From a virus (lineage: Duplodnaviria; Caudoviricetes), in IMG/VR virus record IMGVR_UViG_3300007523_000028, positions 1-37,255 of that record: a DNA stretch of 37,255 nt; one strand, given 5' to 3'. Position 1 is the stretch's first letter, and every line of letters starts with the position of its first letter. The notes beneath the pieces are model-generated. The model was not told where the DNA came from. It was given only the letters and a program-made list of their open reading frames with translations, and searched no databases. This document shows, piece after piece, positions 1 through 9,000 of this stretch. The position numbers and the translations under genes were made by a program.

Positions 1-867
1 ATGGCCACTAACAATGTTGAGGGTCTACAAGATGCAATATTTAAATCAACCGAAAGTCTTGCAACATTTAATAATGAAACTGGAAGGTTTGAAGTTGTTG
101 GTGTTAACCTTAGAAAGGCTAAGGATATGGCAGATGCGTCGGGTATATCTCTTTCTGAACTTACTAAAGGGGCAATTGCGGGTAACGAAAGAATGCAAGC
201 AATGAACGACATGTCGGGAATCGACGTGCCGGAGGAAACAAAAAGATTTTTAACAAACATATCACAGATGAAAGATGGTGAAATGACCATCCAAATCCAA
301 GACGCGGCAATGAGAAAGAAATTGGGTATGGGAGATCAGGTTGAAATGAAACTTTCTGACATGTCAAATGAAATGGCGACCGAACTTAAAAAGTATCAAG
401 ACGAATTTAAAACAATGAATCCTGAAGACATTGTTAGACAACAAGCAAATGCGGTTCAAAACATAATGAAAGATGTTAATTACATGTTAGGTGTAATGAG
501 AATCCAAGGTGCAAAAGCTGGGGACGCAGGTGCTGAGGCACTATTTGGTTTGGATTCCAAAGATTTGGGTACGTTCATAAGTGAACAAGGGGATAAAGGT
601 TCTGACTGGGTCAGTGAATTTCTAACTAATGGGATGTCTGGTATTACCGCATCAATAAAGTCCTCCAACGAGAGTGCAAAGAAAATTGCGGAAGCTCAGA
701 AATCCAGTAATGATGAAAAATCAAAACCAACAAACAAAACAACTACAGTAATTGAGCTCAAACATACGTCGGACTCCACAATGGGTGCATACCAAAGACA
801 ACTACAATCAAATCCTCAATATTGGAATGATTTGATGAAGAGCAATCCAAGGAGTTACACGCCATAA
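1..867 (+). CDS. Probable tail tape-measure protein, C-terminal part (gene likely starts upstream of the window)
   Basis: Helical A/M/Q/K-rich sequence (e.g. LRKAKDMADASGISLSEL). It lies directly before tube-initiator, LysM and hub-like genes, the usual myovirus order. The ATG at base 1 is probably internal. Confidence 0.6.
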   Translation: MATNNVEGLQDAIFKSTESLATFNNETGRFEVVGVNLRKAKDMADASGISLSELTKGAIAGNERMQAMNDMSGIDVPEETKRFLTNISQMKDGEMTIQIQDAAMRKKLGMGDQVEMKLSDMSNEMATELKKYQDEFKTMNPEDIVRQQANAVQNIMKDVNYMLGVMRIQGAKAGDAGAEALFGLDSKDLGTFISEQGDKGSDWVSEFLTNGMSGITASIKSSNESAKKIAEAQKSSNDEKSKPTNKTTTVIELKHTSDSTMGAYQRQLQSNPQYWNDLMKSNPRSYTP

Positions 868-893
868 AACTAAACAAATTTTACTTTTGAATC

Positions 894-900
894 TATTTAT
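894..900 (+). promoter_or_regulatory. TATTTAT putative late-promoter motif
   Basis: ATCTATTTAT in the short intergenic gap, 15 nt before the ATG at 916. The same core recurs before four other structural gene starts. Confidence 0.6.
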
Positions 901-915
901 CTAATAAAATAAGAT

Positions 916-3900
916 ATGCCAAGTTACTTAGATTTTAATTCAACGAAAGTGTTTAGGGATTCTATACTTGCAAGGACTCTACAACAACCTAACGGACCAC
1001 AAACATTTAATAGTGGTGTTTATAGTGTTGAAAATTTAAGAGATCAAGCAAATGTAGATCCGGGGGACGTTGAAACAAATTTACAAACCTATTTATCGGT
1101 TCCTGAGAACCTCAATACTTTTGGTGCTGATGAGTTCAGTACCGTCACGAATTTAAGAAACTTAGTTGGTCTTAATGATTTAGGTTTATACCCTTATTAC
1201 ACTGCGGGTTCATACAATAATTTAATTAGTATTATGACTACCGACAATTATGAATCGGAGTCTAAACTAATGCAATTTGCGGCATTTAATATTAAAACAA
1301 ATAAACAAGGTCCCGTACTTGCAAGAATTACACAAAATTTAGTCGCGGCGACATATGGTAGGGTGAGATTATTAGATGCATTAAATGGTAATACCGCAAC
1401 GGCAATTAATTTAATTACAGGACGAGAAAACTTAATAGAAAAGAATTATAAAATTACAGTTGCTAAAACATTGGCGGGTAAGGCGATAGATTTTTTACAA
1501 ACAGTTGCGGGTGTTGAATTCCCATGGAGTGAAATCCCTGGTGACTATTTAACAAACCCAAGAAACCCAATAGTTAACAGACCCGAAGCACAAACAGGTG
1601 CGGGAAAAATATTACAAGACATAACAGGGGCTTTAGGTTCATTGTTAGGTATACAAAGAAGACCAAAACCGAGTAGAAAACCATCCGATCTAATGATCGA
1701 GTATATGGGTAGTGGACAAAAGGCAGTACTTTTTGACAACTTAAGGTTCTCAACATATGCACCAAACTATACTAAAACCGCAAGATCACAACAATCATCA
1801 AAATTATTCAACTTCCCTAATCAAATAGGGGATGCAATTAATGATGTCTTCGGAGCGGGAGCACCTGCGGGACAAGCGTATATTGGTGATGATAGGGGTG
1901 AGGATGTGAATTTTGCAATGAACGACTTTAATGAAAATGTCATCAGAAGTAGTTACTACCTTAGTTTATTATTTGATCCTGTTCAAACAGAATTATTTGA
2001 AATAAAAAGAAATATAGGTGAGGGTGGACAAATAAGTGGTAAACTTACGTGGTATAGTAAAAACTCTAAAAATAAGTTAGGTGCTAACAATGAAGAGTTT
2101 AATAGTGAAAGGTCACAATTTGAACAAAGTTTATCCAATTCATATTCATTTAGAAGTGATTCAATATTAGATAAGACCCAACAACTTCTTAATTCAATGC
2201 CATCAGATGGTGGTGCCGCGAGAGGACATGTTGCAAATGCCATTGACCAAACAAGTAGAATCTTTAGAGAGGGTAATGTTTTAATGTCAAGAGGATCGGC
2301 AATTAAATACGTAGATAAATTTACCGGAGATGAAGGGGGTGTTGAATATTGTAGAGTTTGGACTAAGGACAGATCTTACATGAATATGTCAGACACAATG
2401 AAAAGAACAGGAAATATTAGAAAGTTCGATTCAAGTGTAATGAGTACACCGTGGAATTTAAATATTGCACCAATGTCCAATGGACAGAACGGTGATCCAG
2501 ATACTGCATTTGGGTCGTCAACTAATATTGTAAAAGCGGGAGATGGTTACATAGCAAAAAAATATATGTTCTCACTTGAGAATTTAGCTTGGAAAACCTC
2601 TAACATGCCAGGTTTTATGGTAAGTGACTTACCTTACTGTGAAAGAGGACCTAATGGTGGTAGAGTTATGTGGTTTCCACCATATGATTTAAAAGTTACC
2701 GAACAGAACAACGCAAGATGGGAAGAAAATAGTTTCTTAGGGAGACCCGAACCAATATATACATACCAAAACACTTCAAGGTCAGGACAAATATCGTTTA
2801 AGATTGTTGTCGATCACCCAAGTATTTTAAATCTATTGGTACAGAAACACTTTAAAGGTATGTCGGATGAGGAATCGGACAATTATATCAACGCATTCTT
2901 TGCTGGGTGTGAAGAACTTGATTTCTATGAATTAATAAGAACATACACAACAATTACTAAAGACGATGCAGAAGCAATCAAAAATTATTTAGAAGGTGGT
3001 GGAACACCTGAGGAGATCTTAAAATATAAAGTGACTACTGAAGATGCGGAAATTATAGAATTTGATTCTACGCCCGAAGAAAGTCCTATGAAAAAATTCG
3101 AAGTGTCATTATATTTTCCAAATGACTACCCACAAAAATCAGGATCTAAAGATGTAAATACGACTGTCCTATATAGTGATATTAAAAATTCATATTCCCA
3201 AACAGAATATGAGGGTTATTTAGATAGTGGTTTAACCACATTGTTTAGTGGAAGTCCTACTGCGGCTAAGAAAAACGATAAAAAAGTAATCTATGGTGAC
3301 GATACCGTCACAGGAACTCTCCAACAAATAAATCTTACCAAAGGTAAATTGACGGAAGCGTTCGGTAAATTAGATAGTAACTTTAATGACTATACGGGTT
3401 ATTTAACTGAGATAAAAACAAGACTTGAGAATAATGAACTTAAAATGCTTAATTTTGGTTTACAATCAAGTACTTCGTCAGTCGCTGATGATGATTACAA
3501 TGTGTATCTCTCAATGAGAAGGGCACACTCAGTTGTTCAGGATATCATTAAACAACTTGAAAAACCAGGTAATAACACAAACGTTAAATGGCCAACATCG
3601 GTTTCGGAGGGAACAGGACCTAAAGATTTTGAGGTACTATATAATTTTTCGGACTTAGGTTATGAGGGTGTTGAGGGTCAACTTGTATTTAAAGGATCGA
3701 GTTATGGTGAAAATGTGGATGATGCAACGTTAGGTGGATTACAAGGTGCTGGTGGATCGTCAAATATTGACTGTCACAATAAGAACATTCAAAGTTCTTC
3801 GGCGTTAAAGAAATCCGCGCCAATAACTTTTTACTGTAGATACACAGGTGTTGTTATGGGGATTACACCCAACGACAAACAACCTAAAGGACCAAATGAT

Positions 3901-5715
3901 CCCGATCAAATACCAAAATATAAATTAGAACCTGATGGAACAGTAAAACAACCGGCAGTTAAGAAACCACCGATTGATATGATGAAAAAGATCATCATGA
4001 AAACCCTATCAGAGTGTTACTATTTTAAAGTGCTTGAGGAAGACTCACCAGTTACGTTTAAAAGTTTAACTGAAAAACTAAAATATTTCCACCCCGCATT
4101 TCATTCAACAACCCCCGAAGGTTTAAATAGTAGGTTAAATTTCTTACTACAATGTGTAAGACCCGGTGATACTATACCAATTAAAGGGTTGGCAAGTGAC
4201 CTTGATAAAGGAGCAAGAAACACGAGTTTCGGACCTCCACCAATCTGTGTTGTAAGAATAGGTGATTTTTATCATTCTAAAATTGCGATCAGAGACATAA
4301 ACATATCTTACGAGGATTCACCATGGGATTTAAACCCTGAGGGTATTGGTGTCCAACCGATGATTGCAAGTGTAACTCTACAAGTTAATTTTATTGGAGG
4401 ACAAGGTCTTGAAAAACCCGTTGAACGATTACAAAACGCATTATCATCTAACTTCTTTGCAAATACTGAGATGTATGATCCAAGGTCAGTTTCAACTAAT
4501 TCAACAATAGGTGGGGTAGATGCAAAAGAATTTACAAAAGATTTCTTAGAATCACTACAAAGAGCAAACACGATTAATGAAACACCAGTGGGAGATAATA
4601 GTGATTCGGTACCAGTACTTAATGAAGGTGTTTATATTGGTGATTCAGATTTGGATAAATCAACAGGTCAAGAAGCTGAGGGAGACCCAACAGTACCGGC
4701 AATACCACCAACAGGACACACAATAAGTTATAAGAAACTCATAACTGAATTAGAGACACAATATAAATCTTATTTTGAAACGTTTAAAACGTCATATGAC
4801 GACCTATTAGTTGAGTTTGGACCTCAAGTACATAGTTTACTTTTATCACCAACATATAGAACGATAAACGACTATACGGTAAACACATCAAACGTTGCAA
4901 CAAGAACAATTAAGATGTTGGGTGAATACACCTCAACTACGGAGTTAAACCATAGAATTAATAGACTTAAATCAAGTATGGTATCATCAATACTTACAGA
5001 AGATGTGTCGGAAATGTTTAAACTTGATAATTTCCTTTCACCTGAAAAAATTGAAAGATCAAATACATTACTAAGACCTAAACTTGAAGCATTAATTGTG
5101 GAAAAATTAGATGGTGTTATTACATCGAACCTATTAAAAGGTATTACAAATAAAAGGAATGAAGTAATTGAATCTTTAGATAAATTAAATTATTTAACCA
5201 AGTATGTGGGTGACGGTCAAATCAAAGATCAGACTTACACACAAGCGACACTTTCGGGGTTTACCTTTTCAACACTTTACGATGAGTACGATATATTCGT
5301 TGATTATTTTGATAAAAACAGTGATAAGTTTGTAAAAGATTTGGACACATCTATAAACTTCGATTCATTATCTATAAATGTTACTATACTTAGTGAATTA
5401 TTATCCGTATTATTAGTAGGTAAGGAAACCGAAATAACTGACATTTACAAAGATGATATCCTTTTTAGTGATAATATTAAGAAAAGGATTGAAAGAAAGG
5501 TTAAAAAATTCATAAATGAAACCAAACCCGAAAAAATTAACCTAAGTAGGTTTAAAAAAATGAAGGGTGATGGGGATCTTAAGTTTGTTGTCTCAAGCAC
5601 GGCAGACATAACGGATTCAACACAGAAAGAAACCTTAGAAAGGGTCCATTTAGATCAGGTAACAACTTTAGGGAGTACATTGAATAATTATAAACCAACT
5701 AAAGTCAAGAAATAA
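916..5715 (+). CDS. Large baseplate / tail-tube-initiator-like protein (gp48/gp54-like tube fold) with an inserted OmpA-like domain
   Basis: 1599 aa. Tube-like motifs WFPPYDLKVTEQNNARWEENSFLGRPEPIYTYQNTSRSGQISF and PPPICVVRIGDFYHSKIAIRDINISYEDSPWD...PMIASVTLQVNFIGG. The OmpA-like signature YNVYLSMRRAHSV lies between them. Position after the tape-measure-like gene fits. Confidence 0.65.
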   Translation: MPSYLDFNSTKVFRDSILARTLQQPNGPQTFNSGVYSVENLRDQANVDPGDVETNLQTYLSVPENLNTFGADEFSTVTNLRNLVGLNDLGLYPYYTAGSYNNLISIMTTDNYESESKLMQFAAFNIKTNKQGPVLARITQNLVAATYGRVRLLDALNGNTATAINLITGRENLIEKNYKITVAKTLAGKAIDFLQTVAGVEFPWSEIPGDYLTNPRNPIVNRPEAQTGAGKILQDITGALGSLLGIQRRPKPSRKPSDLMIEYMGSGQKAVLFDNLRFSTYAPNYTKTARSQQSSKLFNFPNQIGDAINDVFGAGAPAGQAYIGDDRGEDVNFAMNDFNENVIRSSYYLSLLFDPVQTELFEIKRNIGEGGQISGKLTWYSKNSKNKLGANNEEFNSERSQFEQSLSNSYSFRSDSILDKTQQLLNSMPSDGGAARGHVANAIDQTSRIFREGNVLMSRGSAIKYVDKFTGDEGGVEYCRVWTKDRSYMNMSDTMKRTGNIRKFDSSVMSTPWNLNIAPMSNGQNGDPDTAFGSSTNIVKAGDGYIAKKYMFSLENLAWKTSNMPGFMVSDLPYCERGPNGGRVMWFPPYDLKVTEQNNARWEENSFLGRPEPIYTYQNTSRSGQISFKIVVDHPSILNLLVQKHFKGMSDEESDNYINAFFAGCEELDFYELIRTYTTITKDDAEAIKNYLEGGGTPEEILKYKVTTEDAEIIEFDSTPEESPMKKFEVSLYFPNDYPQKSGSKDVNTTVLYSDIKNSYSQTEYEGYLDSGLTTLFSGSPTAAKKNDKKVIYGDDTVTGTLQQINLTKGKLTEAFGKLDSNFNDYTGYLTEIKTRLENNELKMLNFGLQSSTSSVADDDYNVYLSMRRAHSVVQDIIKQLEKPGNNTNVKWPTSVSEGTGPKDFEVLYNFSDLGYEGVEGQLVFKGSSYGENVDDATLGGLQGAGGSSNIDCHNKNIQSSSALKKSAPITFYCRYTGVVMGITPNDKQPKGPNDPDQIPKYKLEPDGTVKQPAVKKPPIDMMKKIIMKTLSECYYFKVLEEDSPVTFKSLTEKLKYFHPAFHSTTPEGLNSRLNFLLQCVRPGDTIPIKGLASDLDKGARNTSFGPPPICVVRIGDFYHSKIAIRDINISYEDSPWDLNPEGIGVQPMIASVTLQVNFIGGQGLEKPVERLQNALSSNFFANTEMYDPRSVSTNSTIGGVDAKEFTKDFLESLQRANTINETPVGDNSDSVPVLNEGVYIGDSDLDKSTGQEAEGDPTVPAIPPTGHTISYKKLITELETQYKSYFETFKTSYDDLLVEFGPQVHSLLLSPTYRTINDYTVNTSNVATRTIKMLGEYTSTTELNHRINRLKSSMVSSILTEDVSEMFKLDNFLSPEKIERSNTLLRPKLEALIVEKLDGVITSNLLKGITNKRNEVIESLDKLNYLTKYVGDGQIKDQTYTQATLSGFTFSTLYDEYDIFVDYFDKNSDKFVKDLDTSINFDSLSINVTILSELLSVLLVGKETEITDIYKDDILFSDNIKKRIERKVKKFINETKPEKINLSRFKKMKGDGDLKFVVSSTADITDSTQKETLERVHLDQVTTLGSTLNNYKPTKVKK

Positions 5716-6038
5716 TGAGTAGACAATATTTTAACAGATACGAGTTTTTTGAAAACGATGGTGATTTTAAAATTGTACCCGGTATTGAAATCAGAATTAC
5801 GTCCTCAGATAAGTATGTGCAATTTAAAAGAGGTAAAGACAGGTTAGATAGAATCTCTCAGGAGTATTATGGTTCACCTGTTTTTGGTTGGTTAATTTTA
5901 CAAGCTAATCCCACATCGGGAAGTATTGAATTTGAGATACCGAATAACTTTCTTTTAAGAATACCATTTCCACTTGTTAATACCTTACAAGAGTATAAAA
6001 GAAGTGTAGAATTGTACAACTTATATTATGGCGAATAA
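5715..6038 (+). CDS. Baseplate protein, LysM / T4 gp53 / P2 gpX-like
   Basis: 107 aa with the motif KRGKDRLDRISQEYYGSPVFGWLILQANP...LRIP. Coupled to the upstream gene by a TAATG overlap. Confidence 0.75.
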   Translation: MSRQYFNRYEFFENDGDFKIVPGIEIRITSSDKYVQFKRGKDRLDRISQEYYGSPVFGWLILQANPTSGSIEFEIPNNFLLRIPFPLVNTLQEYKRSVELYNLYYGE

Positions 6039-9000
6039 CGATCTTATAAATAATGAAAACATATTAGTAAAGGTTGATCAGAATAATTTAATCCTAATCG
6101 ACCCTAACAGTACTGTTTCTAATGGTATCGTAGAACCAAGGGGCACTAACGCGGAAAACTTTGTATATTATGTAAATCTTGAAGCCGACCTTATACCAAG
6201 AAGTGTTTTGGTAAGTGGTAACAATTCTAATACACTTTCTTCAGTTGCTGAGGGAACACTAAATTTTTTACAGAACAAAAACAGTGACTACTTAGATACC
6301 AAATGGACCGACACATATAACCCAAGAACGGACGCGGAATTTAAAAGGTCTGATATTATTGATGATTCAGGACAATCTTTCGGAATCCAAAGTATTGACA
6401 TTCAGGTTAGAGGTACAAACTTTGTTCCTAAAGTAACTATAAAATTTGTTGATGTAAGGGGTAAAACATTATTTGAATCACCAAAAAATTCACCTTATAA
6501 GGCATTCTTTCACCAACCATGGCCAATATTCTATTTAACTGTTAAGGGTTTTTATGGTAAGGCGATGAGATATAGACTTCACATGACAGATTTCAACTCC
6601 TCATACAACGAGGGTAATGGAAACTTTGAAAGTGTTGGTGTTTTTATTGGATCAACATATGCATATTTAAGTGATATTCCGTTAAAGGGAATATTAAACT
6701 CACCATATATGTATGGTATTGAACAAACCAAAGACATTAAAACAAATGAAAAGACGGGTGAGGTTACAAAGATAATATCTAAAACATCTAAAGGATACCT
6801 CACACTTAAATCAATTTTTGACGAATACAAAAGAAAGGGGTTAATTGATGAAAACATGCCAGTCAAAACCTTAAAAGAGGTAATTGACATTGCTAAAAGA
6901 TTAGACCCTATATTAGAAAAGAAGATTTTCGGTGAGGTTGTGGATATGAAAATATTCGTTGCGTCAAAAGAGATGTCAGACCAACTTAGAAAATTCTTTG
7001 GGGCTGTCGAGGCCTGGAAATCTAAATATTTAAGACCTGATTTTATTATTTTACCATCGGGTAGTGAAAATCCATTAGATCGTCATTTCTATTTAGTAAA
7101 AGATCAGGACAATGGAAACTCAACAGAAAAGATTCTTGGTGAGGATAAATCAGGAACCTTAGAATCAATAATACATGTACACCTAAAGAACTTAAAGAAC
7201 AGTGAAATTTTTGGAAAAGAGACCCAAAAGACAACGGCGGACTTTAAAAAATTATCAATAAATCTTAACCAATCCATTAAGGATATTGGTTCTTATTATT
7301 CAACAACTAACGGTAACGGTAAAATTACGGTTGCAATTGAAAAGTTGTTTGATGATATGTACAAGATTTCTAATTCATTTCAGGAAGAATTAACAAAACT
7401 ACAAGATGGTGTTGAGTTCAAAATGAATGAAATTATTTCAGGTGAGGATGGTATTGGTTTTGAACCAACAATACGAAATATCATTGCAATTATATTGGCG
7501 TCGGCAGATACGTACATCAGATTATTGAAGGGTGTCCATATTAAAGCGTTCAATGTTGCAGAGGAAAGAAAAAATGTAATTAAAGGTTTTACTAATGAAA
7601 CTGTGGGAGATGCGATTTACCCATGGCCCGAAATTAAAAAACAAAGTACAGGAACAACTAAAGTTCTTGCATATCCTGCGGACGCTGATTTGGTACATAA
7701 ATTAAGATCAAATAATATGGTGTTATGGCCAGAAGTACAATTCGTAGAAGAATATGCTGCGGTGTCCTCCCAAAGAATCGACAATCAAGGTGGTAATGAA
7801 TCAACGACGAGTTCAATTAGATATGAATTTGGGGATAGTAATTCTGAGGAAAAAAGGACTAACAAAATATCGACCTTTGATCTACTACCTGGTTCCGCTT
7901 ATAGTGATAAAAATTTAGATTCGTTTTTATATGAAATTTATGAGAGGTCACAGTTAGTTACCTTATATGATACTTTCAATGGTCCGACATTAAATGAACT
8001 TGGTAAACGAGAATTTGAAACAATACAAAACCTAACAGAGGAAGATTACTATCTTGTTGATATTTTAAAGGACAGTAAAATATTAAGTAAAAGTAGACAT
8101 ATAGAATTAATGCAGTCGTTTTCACCATTTGAGCGTTATCCATATTATGAGGACAATTTAATTACTGTTCCTTATTTATTGGACAACTCTACTACATCTT
8201 TTAAATTAAAGGATTATACGGGTGATGACACAGTAACCGCAAAAAATGGGGAGTATGAAAAATTACAAACAAATTTAACCCAATACATAAGTGAAGATTA
8301 TAGATCAAAAATATACCCATTCAATTCTGACACGTATTTAGGGTATTTAGGTAAAACATCATTTGCAAAAACCGAACTTAATGTTGGTGGGGCACTTGAT
8401 GTGGACACTGGTAAAGGATTCATAAGTGGTCCTATAGATCCAAATAGTTGGATGAAAGGAAACCAAGTTTCTACAAATATGTTTAATGAAACATTCTCTG
8501 TAGAAAACACGTCAGATAAATTAAATATTTTAAATACACCATATTTCCATAAATCAATTAATGATGGGTTCTTCGGTACATCATCTCTTGGTAAATATAA
8601 AACATCGGCATACCTTTTACTAAACTCATTACCGTTTAAAGATTTAAAAGACACCATAGTGTTCCCAAAATCCCCAACTGTTAATGTTTTGATGTCGTCA
8701 TTGTTTAGGGAAATTGGATCAACACACTATGTACCATACCATTTAATATTAAAGTGGGGGTCAATATATCACAGATATAAAGAACATATAATTAATAATG
8801 TGGACATTCTTTCGGGAATAAACACACCAATTGACGGAAGCGTGTTTTTCGACAACACATTAAATTTAATTTTTAATGGTGATATAACCAGATCATCACA
8901 GACGGACGTGGGTATACACCCACACTATTCCAATATTTACCATCAAGTTGTAAATGGATATTTATATTATAATGTGGGTGACACAACATCAACATCGTTT

